Positions 16,470 to 24,198 of a stretch of DNA of 32,000 bases are shown here, piece after piece. The stretch is from Candidatus Velamenicoccus archaeovorus (GTDB taxonomy: Bacteria > Omnitrophota > Gorgyraeia > Velamenicoccales > Velamenicoccaceae), in NCBI RefSeq assembly GCF_004102945.1, contig NZ_CP019384.1:1050001-1082000 (forward strand), written 5' to 3'. Positions within the stretch are counted from its first letter, which is position 1, and each line of letters opens with the position of its first letter. The notes under the pieces are model-generated. The model did no database searches. It saw nothing but the letters and a program-made list of their open reading frames with translations, and was not told the origin of the DNA. Both the position numbers and the translations under genes were made by a program.

Positions 16470-16568
16470 GGATTTCCGGTGGGCAATGGTTTTGATTTCA
16501 TTCGCCTTCCCAGGATGAACGAAACGACCCGGCCTCGATCGAGACGCCGGCCCTGAAACGACGGGAAA

Positions 16569-17321
16569 CTAAGCGATCACCCGATCGGTCTTCTTGGTAC
16601 GGATCTTCGCCACCTCCCAGGAATAATCATAGAGGTGCAATCCCTTGGAAGCGGCGACAATCTCTCCGTCTTCGACGCCGATCATCTCGGCCATATACTG
16701 CTTCACCAATTGCAGACCGCCGAGGTTTGAAGGAAAACCGCCCCAGAGATCCCAGGAGCGAAAATAAAGAAAAAAATGAAGCTTGCGGTCCCTCACTTTT
16801 GTGTCGATCAGCCTCAGGCAAGGCGGATCCTGGAGCTTGATGTCCGACGGCATGCCGATCTCCATGACGGCCTGGTTGGTCCCAAAACCTTCTTGCCTGT
16901 ACATCCTGATGACTTCATCAATCTGATTGACATGCAAGGGCAACTCCCGGACCATCTGACGGCCGTCCTTGTCTTCAGCGAAACGCACCTTGGGATCCAC
17001 CAGCCTTTCGCCATAGGTATAGTCTTCCGTCTCGGTTTTCGCTCCGGTCAACAAATACGAAAGATATCCCTGGATGTAGTCCATGTCCGTCGGAGCCGGG
17101 ATATTCAGGCCTTCAGGGATGATAGGAATGATTTGATGCGAAGGTTTGCGCACCCGAACGACAACGAAATCAAACTCCAGACGCTTGGAACCCTTGTAGC
17201 TGCCCCGTGTAATGGTATAGACCCGACCCTTGTCCAGAATAGCCGATAACGTCTGGAACCAGGCGTCGTCCAGGTCAAAAGCATCCACAAATACAGGAGA
17301 AAGGAATTGTTCCGTAGGCAT
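16569..17321 (-). CDS. thymidylate synthase family protein (archaeal-type ThyA-like)
   Basis: The 250-aa ORF has the C-terminal half NQIDEVI...DPPCLRLIDTKVRDRKLHFFLYFRSWDLWGGFPSNLGGLQLVKQYMA...GLHLYDY. This aligns by eye with the ThyA core (DQI...APCH..[33 protein letters not shown]...THLY), including the catalytic Cys. The N-terminal half is divergent, as in methanogen-type enzymes. Confidence 0.7.
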   Translation of the reverse strand: MPTEQFLSPVFVDAFDLDDAWFQTLSAILDKGRVYTITRGSYKGSKRLEFDFVVVRVRKPSHQIIPIIPEGLNIPAPTDMDYIQGYLSYLLTGAKTETEDYTYGERLVDPKVRFAEDKDGRQMVRELPLHVNQIDEVIRMYRQEGFGTNQAVMEIGMPSDIKLQDPPCLRLIDTKVRDRKLHFFLYFRSWDLWGGFPSNLGGLQLVKQYMAEMIGVEDGEIVAASKGLHLYDYSWEVAKIRTKKTDRVIA

Positions 17322-17337
17322 CGCCTTTTGTTTATCT

Positions 17338-17715
17338 CTATCGCGGCCCGATCAACCGGTGGATCTCCTCCAAAAGCTCCTTCGGATCATAGGGCTTTGC
17401 CAGGAAAAAATTATGTCCGAGCTCATGGCCCTCTGTTTGCTCTTCCCTCTTGGTATAAAGACACGTCAGAAACAGGATCGGGATATCCTTGGTCTTGGCA
17501 TCCTTCCTCAGGATGCCGGCGACTTCCGAACCGTCCATCCCCGGCATGGCGATATCCAGGATGATGAGGTCCGGAGTTTTTTTCTGGGCAAGGGCGACAG
17601 CTTCCTTTCCACAGGAAGCCTTGATGACCTCGTAACCCGCCTTGGCGAGACGCTCGCCAAGCAACTTCAGCACATCCGGCTCATCGTCGACAATCAGCAA
17701 TTTTTGCTTGTCCAT
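17338..17715 (-). CDS. single-domain response regulator (receiver only)
   Basis: The 125-aa ORF has LLIVDDEPDV, the phospho-acceptor context DLIILDIAMPGMDG, and KP near the C-terminus. There is no output domain. Confidence 0.88.
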   Translation of the reverse strand: MDKQKLLIVDDEPDVLKLLGERLAKAGYEVIKASCGKEAVALAQKKTPDLIILDIAMPGMDGSEVAGILRKDAKTKDIPILFLTCLYTKREEQTEGHELGHNFFLAKPYDPKELLEEIHRLIGPR

Positions 17716-17719
17716 ATCC

Positions 17720-18109
17720 TCATTCCTCCTCTTTCTTATTCAACGCCATGCGCAAGACGAAATTCAGTTTTTCCGGATCATACGGCTTTGTCAGGAAAAA
17801 TTCCCCGCCGGCCTGCTTGCCCATTTCAATATCTTCTTTCTGGGCCAGAACGCTTAAAAAAACGACGGGGATCCCTTTCGTCGCATAATCCGATTTGAGC
17901 TTCTTGCAGACTTCGATACCGTTGAAATACGGCATCATGATATCAAGAATGATCAAATCCGGCTTCATGGATTTCGCCATCTCAATGCCCGTATAGCCGT
18001 CTTCTGCGACGATAACATCGAAACCGAAAGAAACGAGCCTGAATTTCAGCAAATTCCTCAAGCCCACTTCATCATCGATGATGAGGATCGTTTTCTTATC
18101 TTCTGCCAT
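17720..18109 (-). CDS. single-domain response regulator (receiver only)
   Basis: The 129-aa ORF has ILIIDDEVGL, DLIILDIMMPYFNG and FLTKPYDP. It is a paralogue of the adjacent receiver, from which it is separated by 4 nt. Confidence 0.88.
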   Translation of the reverse strand: MAEDKKTILIIDDEVGLRNLLKFRLVSFGFDVIVAEDGYTGIEMAKSMKPDLIILDIMMPYFNGIEVCKKLKSDYATKGIPVVFLSVLAQKEDIEMGKQAGGEFFLTKPYDPEKLNFVLRMALNKKEEE

Positions 18110-18112
18110 AAT

Positions 18113-21100
18113 TTACCCGCGTGTTATGGGAAGAGTGAATTTAAAGGTTGATCCCTCTCCCAATGTGGACTCAACCCAAATACGGCCCCCCATGGCTTCT
18201 ACCAGGTTGCGGGAAATGTAAAGCCCGAGCCCCGTCCCCCCGACCCGCCGCACAAGCGTGCTGTCGAGCTGAACGAATTTTCCGAAAAGGCGCGCAATCT
18301 CCTCCTGGGGAATCCCCACCCCTTCATCTTTGATGCTGAATTCTACGGAATCATGGACCTGCCGCACCGCCAGGACGATCCTGCTGCGCTCCCGCGTAAA
18401 TTTAATGGCATTGTTCAAGAGATTCATCAATACCTGGATGAGCCTATCTTTGTCCGCCATCGCCGACGGCAGGTCTTTCTGGCAATCGGTGACAAACACC
18501 AGCCCCCGTTTTTCAATCTCGATCCTGACCAGACTGTATACCTGATCGATGACCTCGCAAATATTGCACGGGCTCATATGGACTTTGAGCAAGTTGGATT
18601 GGATCTTCGAGATATCGAGGATATCGCCGATCAGGCGGTTCAAACGGTTGATATTGGACAAGGCGATCTGAAGACACTCCTTCTGGTTCCTGTTGATCTT
18701 TCCCTGGGTGCCGTCGGCGACGATCTCGACCCCCTCCTTGATGGCCGACAAAGGCGTCCTGAGCTCGTGGGAAACCATCGAGACAAATTCGGTCTTGATC
18801 TTCTCGATCTTTTTGCGTTCCGTAATGTCGCGAATATTGCATTGAATGATCTTGCGCTTTTCGACGAAATAGGTAGAGGCCCTGAATTCTGCCTCGATCT
18901 CCCTCCCCGTGCACGTCTTGAGCCTCACATCATCATACAAGACAGACATCTGTTCCTTGAGGGCCAAAAAGGCCCTGTCGTAAACCTGGGACTCGCGGAA
19001 AAAAGGAACAGCGTTGTAATGCAGGCCCATCAACTGGTCTCTTGTGCACTCCAGGATATGCAAAAGATACGGATTGGCGCTGATGATGTTTCCGCTCGAG
19101 GCGTCGATGATCAGTATGCCGTCCTGGGCCGATTCAAAAAGGTTCCTGAACATGAGTTCGGAGACCTGTAAAGCCCTCGTCCTCTCTTCGATCAAGTTCT
19201 CCAGGTCATGCGAATAACGCTTCAATTCATCTTCCAGGCGCTTGCGATCGGTCACGTCGTGAGAGATGTGGATGACCCCGATGATGCGCCCCTTTTCATC
19301 CTTCAGGGGCGAGAGGGTTACATCCACATAAGCCTCGCGGCCGTCGCGCATTTTATGGATATGCGTGGATTCGATCGTCCGGCCGTGCTTGGCGACCTCT
19401 TCAAACGAACAGGCCTCGCAGGCGGAACAAACGTGCCGGTAGACCTCTGAACACGGCTTACCGATGACATCTTCCTTGCGCATGCCCGCCTGCTCCATAA
19501 AATAACGGTTAACATCCAGGACGACCTTGGTGTTGCAGTCAAGCACGATCAGTGAATCGCTGATGGAATCGATGACATTGCGCGACAGGGCCCGCTCGAA
19601 TTCCAGCATCTCGACCATGCTCTTGCGTTCCGTCATATCCAGCGTCAACTCCAGGACCTGCTCCACTTCCCCCCGCTCATTTTTGACCGGAGTGCAAATC
19701 AGGAGAAAATCTATGACCCGGCCGTCGGGGAAAACCGACCTCTCTTCACCCGTCTGCACCTGACCCGTCTCCATGGCCCTTCGCGAAGGACATGTCAGAC
19801 AGACAGAATCACGAAGTTGATATACCTCGAAGCACTTGCGCCCCTGGATCGTGCCCAGTTTGCCGAACCACTTCTCCATAACCTGGTTGACCCAGACGAT
19901 ATTAAAATTCTTATCGATAAGCGACAGTCCCGCTCCGATAGAATCGGCAATCGTCTTGAGACGGCCGCGCTCTTCCGACAGGGAAGCTTCCAGGTGTTTT
20001 TGCTCCGTCACATCCTGGATGATGCCGTAAAAAACTTCCCCGTACCTTTCGTCATGCTTAACCACTGCAGTGACCGAGGCCCAGAAAAGACGTCCTTTAA
20101 GGGTCTTGCCGCGAAATTCGTAATTCTTTACGAAACCGTTCTTGAGCAACATATCGCTGAAACGCTTTCTTTCTGCGGGATCGGCATACAAAGTCTTCAC
20201 AGAGATATTTTCCACGGAATCGGTCTCGAAAATTTTAAGCAGCGCCGGATTTGCCTCAAAAAACCTGCCATCGGGACCCGGCGTATTGATATAGACGCCT
20301 ACGTTAAGACTCTCAACAAGGTCCCTGTATTTTTCCTGCGTCTCGAGCAGTTCCTTTTCAATCCTGCGGATCCCGCTCTTGTCGATACCGATCCCCAGAA
20401 AACCGACGAGCTCTCCCTTGTCGTTCCGTATGCCGGCAATGGTCAAATCGACAGGAAAGCGCGTGCCGTCTTTCTTGACCATGATCCATTCGCGCTGAAG
20501 AACACCGCCTTGCCGTACGACCTCTGTGATTACCTCGAAACCATGCAAATCCTTCCCTGTCTTTCTGCAGAATTCCTCCTCGAAAAGCCTCAAATCTGCG
20601 GGGTCATGAAGGACAAGGGGCGTCTTTCCCAAAATCTCTGAAGCGGTATATCCGAAGAGCTCTTGCGCCCCATCGTTCCACATCTGAAAAGCACCCGACA
20701 AGTTCGTAGCGCACATGGAAATTTGGCTGGCGCCATCCAGAAAAGACCTTAGCCTCGCATGGGCGTCCGCCAGTCTCTCTTCATAGCGCTTGTGGGTCGT
20801 GATATCTTGCGCCAAGCCCAGGACAAACAGGATATGCCCCTGCGGATCTTTCACCGGGAATACCGTCAGGGCGACGTCCAGTTCTTCGCCGTCCATGTTC
20901 TTTTGGGCCAGTTCACGGATGAGGGTATGCCCCTCGAACACCTCCATAATCTCACTTTCCAAAGAAACAACGCCCAGCACATCCGTCACCTTCCTGCTCC
21001 GGAGAGGATTTCTTTCATCAATGACATCGGCCTTGCGGTAACCGTAGAGTTTTTCGGCCCCTTGATTCCAAAAGATCAGACGCAGATCCCTGTCAAAGCC

Positions 21101-22588
21101 AAAGATGGCATTAGGCGAATTATTAAGGATGCCCCGAAACGTCTCCTCTGACCTCGCCAGCTCCCGCTGTGCTTCACGCAGACTTACGAGAGCCTTATCG
21201 AGGTTGTCTTTCTGGATCTGTAATTCAAGCCCTTTGAGCGCGAAGATGATCAAGAACGCATAACCAACCACCAGCAGGATGAGGAAACTAAAACATATGC
21301 CGATGACAAAAAGCCTGACGCGATACACTTCCCCTTGAAGCTTGGCAACGTCAATATCGACCCCCAAAAGGGCCAGGGCCTGATCGTCCTTATCAAGAAC
21401 GGGGAAAAAAACCGTATAGGCGGGACGGCCGTCATTCCCCAGATAGGGCCCGACGAGCGTCGGTTTCTTTGAATAAAAAGAATCCGCAATCGCCTTCTGA
21501 GGGATTTGAGCGCCGAAGGACGGGACGACCTCGTGCGGAAAAACCTGGGGCGAGCTTCCGACGGCAAAAGAAAAACGGTCTTTTCCCGGCAGGATCAAAT
21601 ACAGCGCCTTCGTGTAGAGCGACAGCTCGGGCAGGTCCGACATGCGGTTATGCATTTTAAGATACTTCTTGTAAACGGATACGTCCTCCTCGGCAATGAA
21701 CTGACGGACATCCAGTGTCCCGATAATATCCGCCAGGTTCCTGGCGTCCGTCAGGACAAGCTGCTTGAGGTGTTTTTTCTCGAACTTGTCAACAGATCCC
21801 ATAAGCATGAATCCGCCGGCGAAGAAAACGAGATAGAAAAAGAGAAAACTGTACATGAGGACCTGGCGGCGCCTCCCTCTGACATTTCTGGATGGAAGAT
21901 CAAGGACATAACGGGTGGCCTGATGGATCAAAAGAAAGGCGACAAGCATCGCCCCTAAAGCGCGTTGGAAAGCCGCCGGAACCAGAAAGGCATAATAAAA
22001 AGACGGTTGGCTCGCGGACAAAGCGGGAAGCGTGGCGATCTGGAGAGGCGCTAACGGCAAACAGTAAAAGAAAAAAGCAATGCCAATAAAACGGTAGCTC
22101 CAGCGTGAACTGGCTCTCTCCTGCCTCGAAGAATAAAGCAAAAACACGGCTCCTGCCGCAAAAGTCGCCGGCCCCCTCAATGTCACGGTGATAAATCCGT
22201 TTAATATCGAGGCGTTGCGGATAAAAAACAAACCGAGCACGAAAACGCCGAAAGGCAGGATATACAGCCATTTATTGATTTGTTTTCCGCTCAAAAGGAC
22301 GTAGGAACTTCGGGAGAATTCCATGAGAAAAACGAAAGAAGCGACGAGCAGGATAAGACGCAAGCTGTTGAATAAAGATGGGTCCGCGTTAGATATGGCC
22401 AAGAGATCGAGCCATTTATTCAAAGCGCGCAAAAGAGCAAAAAATACGAAAAACAACCAGTTCAATGTCAATGCATGGTGCGATCTTTCGCGAATATAAA
22501 AAATAAAACCGGCGGACGCCAAAAGAAAAAATGCCGCGCCATAAAAGAAATAAAGATAGTCTAAGTTCTGCAGGAAAAATAGCTGCAT
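18113..22588 (-). CDS. membrane-bound multi-PAS sensor histidine kinase (1491 aa)
   Basis: Residues 1-265 hold about 8 hydrophobic segments. Residues 266-425 are a probable extracytoplasmic segment, followed by a TM at 426-452 and a coiled coil. Six PAS-like modules lie between about residues 480 and 1260. The HisKA motif is SHELRTPL (H1274) and the HATPase_c region has NLLNNAIKFT and GTGLGLYISR. Confidence 0.9.
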   Translation of the reverse strand: MQLFFLQNLDYLYFFYGAAFFLLASAGFIFYIRERSHHALTLNWLFFVFFALLRALNKWLDLLAISNADPSLFNSLRLILLVASFVFLMEFSRSSYVLLSGKQINKWLYILPFGVFVLGLFFIRNASILNGFITVTLRGPATFAAGAVFLLYSSRQERASSRWSYRFIGIAFFFYCLPLAPLQIATLPALSASQPSFYYAFLVPAAFQRALGAMLVAFLLIHQATRYVLDLPSRNVRGRRRQVLMYSFLFFYLVFFAGGFMLMGSVDKFEKKHLKQLVLTDARNLADIIGTLDVRQFIAEEDVSVYKKYLKMHNRMSDLPELSLYTKALYLILPGKDRFSFAVGSSPQVFPHEVVPSFGAQIPQKAIADSFYSKKPTLVGPYLGNDGRPAYTVFFPVLDKDDQALALLGVDIDVAKLQGEVYRVRLFVIGICFSFLILLVVGYAFLIIFALKGLELQIQKDNLDKALVSLREAQRELARSEETFRGILNNSPNAIFGFDRDLRLIFWNQGAEKLYGYRKADVIDERNPLRSRKVTDVLGVVSLESEIMEVFEGHTLIRELAQKNMDGEELDVALTVFPVKDPQGHILFVLGLAQDITTHKRYEERLADAHARLRSFLDGASQISMCATNLSGAFQMWNDGAQELFGYTASEILGKTPLVLHDPADLRLFEEEFCRKTGKDLHGFEVITEVVRQGGVLQREWIMVKKDGTRFPVDLTIAGIRNDKGELVGFLGIGIDKSGIRRIEKELLETQEKYRDLVESLNVGVYINTPGPDGRFFEANPALLKIFETDSVENISVKTLYADPAERKRFSDMLLKNGFVKNYEFRGKTLKGRLFWASVTAVVKHDERYGEVFYGIIQDVTEQKHLEASLSEERGRLKTIADSIGAGLSLIDKNFNIVWVNQVMEKWFGKLGTIQGRKCFEVYQLRDSVCLTCPSRRAMETGQVQTGEERSVFPDGRVIDFLLICTPVKNERGEVEQVLELTLDMTERKSMVEMLEFERALSRNVIDSISDSLIVLDCNTKVVLDVNRYFMEQAGMRKEDVIGKPCSEVYRHVCSACEACSFEEVAKHGRTIESTHIHKMRDGREAYVDVTLSPLKDEKGRIIGVIHISHDVTDRKRLEDELKRYSHDLENLIEERTRALQVSELMFRNLFESAQDGILIIDASSGNIISANPYLLHILECTRDQLMGLHYNAVPFFRESQVYDRAFLALKEQMSVLYDDVRLKTCTGREIEAEFRASTYFVEKRKIIQCNIRDITERKKIEKIKTEFVSMVSHELRTPLSAIKEGVEIVADGTQGKINRNQKECLQIALSNINRLNRLIGDILDISKIQSNLLKVHMSPCNICEVIDQVYSLVRIEIEKRGLVFVTDCQKDLPSAMADKDRLIQVLMNLLNNAIKFTRERSRIVLAVRQVHDSVEFSIKDEGVGIPQEEIARLFGKFVQLDSTLVRRVGGTGLGLYISRNLVEAMGGRIWVESTLGEGSTFKFTLPITRG

Positions 22589-22642
22589 GATGATCTGTCT
22601 GTTGTGCCTTGATCCAGCCTTCGGAAGAAGCCGGAGTGAAAC

Positions 22643-22667
22643 AAAAAACTGCGGAGCCCCTCCGCAG
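22643..22667 (-). terminator. intrinsic terminator (or 5' leader hairpin) between the tRNA-Gly island and the kinase gene
   Basis: The minus strand reads CTGCGGAG-GGG-CTCCGCAG followed by TTTTTT, 55 nt upstream of the kinase ATG. Confidence 0.55.
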
Positions 22668-22893
22668 TTAAATAATAATATTAATCCTTATGCATGATCA
22701 ACCGCCATGACCTTTGAGAAGTTTTAAATAACTAAACGCGTAACCCTATGTTAACACAAACACTTAAGTGAGTCAATGGGGTGATCAAGGAAGGAAGATC
22801 TGGAGCGGGAGATGGTACGTAAAACTCGCCTCGGCCCGTAAAATATTCGTATTCCACAGGGCAAACCTTTACATCAACTTGTCCCGAATCAAA

Positions 22894-23004
22894 GTCAACC
22901 CATATTCCCCGGCCTTGCCCTCGGCCTCCGGCCATGTTTCGGGTACCTCTAAGCGGCCTCAACACTCTCCGCCCTAAAGGGCGGAGTTTTAGGCCGCGCA
23001 GAGT
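22894..23004. repeat. structured intergenic repeat, copy 2 (111 bp)
   Basis: It is a direct-orientation match to 8536-8674. The 58-nt 3' module has the same length and is about 90% identical by eye. It contains the perfect hairpin ctccgccc-taaa-gggcggag. Confidence 0.75.
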
Positions 23005-23010
23005 GAAATC

Positions 23011-23100
23011 CAAACGGGATCCCGTCACGTCTCCGTTCAATAGAGCGGGTGATCGGAATCCCCGCCTGCCGGCGGGCAGGGAACCGACGTAACCAGCTTG
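23011..23100 (-). pseudogene. duplicated tRNA-Gly 3' portion plus trailer, with a 20-nt GC hairpin inserted in the T-loop
   Basis: 69 of 70 positions are identical to 23123-23192 (the tRNA-Gly trailer plus tRNA positions 36-73). The segment is interrupted at 23061-23080 by cccgcctgccggcgggcagg. Identity ends inside the anticodon, between positions 35 and 36. Confidence 0.8.
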
Positions 23101-23155
23101 TCCCGCACCGAAATGTTACAATCAAACGGGATCCCGTCACGTGTCCGTTCAATAG

Positions 23156-23226
23156 AGCGGGTGATCGGAATCGAACCGACGTAACCAGCTTGGAAGGCTA
23201 GTGTTCTACCATTGAACTACACCCGC
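23156..23226 (-). tRNA. tRNA-Gly (anticodon UCC), CCA not encoded
   Basis: Hand-folded cloverleaf: GCGGGTG TA GTTC AATGGTA GAAC A CTAGC CTTCCAA GCTGG TTAC GTCGG TTCGATT CCGAT CACCCGC T (71 nt). Confidence 0.9.
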
Positions 23227-23509
23227 GAAATCTGAACATGACGGGAGAAGGCTAGGTCCTCCACAATGCGGAATGCGGAGACCTGCCCTTTCTGGGCTAG
23301 TATTCACCCACTGTTCCGACGCTCCGAAAAAACGGAGGTCGAAATCCCGACCCCGGACGCTTTTGGGCCGGGCGTCGGGAAACTACTCCCGCAATCAATC
23401 AAGAAACTCAAAATCAAACAGCGCATTGCGGGAGTCACATTAATGTATCACTGCCCGCCGTAGGCGGGTCCGCCTTCGGCGGAAACTACTCCCGCAAAGA
23501 AATGAAATC

Positions 23510-23632
23510 GGAATACACTTTGGTTGTGGCGCTGGATTTCGCTGCATGGCTTTGTCGCCATGCGACGCGAAATCCGCATCCCTACCTGCCTGGCCTTTGG
23601 CCAAGCGGGCGTTTTTCCCTCTGCCGGGGAAA
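23510..23632 (-). repeat. degenerate 123-bp unit of the tRNA-Tyr-linked hairpin repeat
   Basis: It is colinear with the 91-bp unit (aatacactttggttgtggcgctgg... versus acaacaaggtggtggcgtcgg...; ...cgcatccctacc...ttttt versus ...ggcatccaccattttttt). It has its own long hairpin, ggatttcgc-t-gcatggc-tttgtc-gccatgc-gac-gcgaaatcc, and an extra insert of about 25-30 bp. Confidence 0.55.
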
Positions 23633-23640
23633 TACACTAA

Positions 23641-23903
23641 GGTGGTGGCGTCGGAACAATCTGTTTCGCTTATCGCTCCACAACGATTGTTCCGGCATCC
23701 ACCATTTTTTTGCTCTGTCGCTTTACAACAAGGTGGTGGCGTCGGAACAATCTGTTTCGCTTATCGCTCCACAACGATTGTTCCGGCATCCACCATTTTT
23801 TTGCTCTGTCGCTTTACAACAAGGTGGTGGCGTCGGAACAATCTGTTTCGCTTATCGCTCCACAACGATTGTTCCGGCATCCACCATTTTTTTGCTCTGT
23901 CGC
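23641..23903 (-). repeat. perfect tandem repeat, 91-bp unit x 2.9, abutting the 3' end of tRNA-Tyr
   Basis: Units start at 23641, 23732 and 23823 and are identical at every position I compared. The last unit is cut at 81 nt, where it runs into aaaaaaatggtgg and the tRNA-Tyr CCA end. Confidence 0.92.
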
Positions 23904-23910
23904 AAAAAAA

Positions 23911-23996
23911 TGGTGGACGGGAGAGGATTCGAACCTCTGAAGCATGTGTGCAGCAGATTTACAGTCTGCCCCCTTTAGCCACTTGGGTACCCGTCC
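23911..23996 (-). tRNA. tRNA-Tyr (anticodon GUA), class II long variable arm, CCA encoded
   Basis: Hand-folded cloverleaf: GGACGGG TA CCC AAGTGGCTAAA GGG G GCAGA CTGTAAA TCTGC TGCACACATGCTTC AGAGG TTCGAAT CCTCT CCCGTCC A CCA (86 nt). Confidence 0.9.
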
Positions 23997-24122
23997 AAAT
24001 TTTGACAGGCAAGGTATTTCTACCTTGCAAAATTTGCCCCGAAGTCTAATCCAAAAATCATCTCCAAACATGCTCAAGATAATTTTTGAATTGTCTTAGA
24101 CAAGGGGCCGATATATTCAAAG

Positions 24123-24195
24123 AGCTGGCGACCCGAATCGAACGGGTGACCCTCTCATTACAAGTGAGATGCTCTACCTGCTGAGCTACGCCAGC
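24123..24195 (-). tRNA. tRNA-Thr (anticodon UGU), CCA not encoded
   Basis: Hand-folded cloverleaf: GCTGGCG TA GCTC AGCAGGTA GAGC A TCTCA CTTGTAA TGAGA GGGTC ACCCG TTCGATT CGGGT CGCCAGC T (73 nt). It begins 3 nt after the stop of the upstream endonuclease ORF. Confidence 0.9.
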
Positions 24196-24198
24196 AAA

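Noticed and set aside
22668-22701. A promoter for the kinase operon (minus strand TTGATC ... TATTAT in the AT-rich stretch).
   Set aside because: The spacer would be 15 or 18 nt depending on register. Transcripts would start at or in the terminator-like hairpin. The evidence is too weak to annotate.
23641-23903. Possible CRISPR array, suggested by regularly spaced identical sequence.
   Set aside because: The whole 91-bp unit is repeated head to tail and there are no unique spacers. The unit is far longer than CRISPR repeats, and no cas genes are in the window.
23502-24049. Long plus-strand ORFs (23502-23978, 23546-24049, 23710-23940) with internally repeated peptides.
   Set aside because: They run through the 91-bp repeats, changing frame each unit because 91 is not divisible by 3. 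They also run antisense across tRNA-Tyr. They are open only because the repeat lacks stops.
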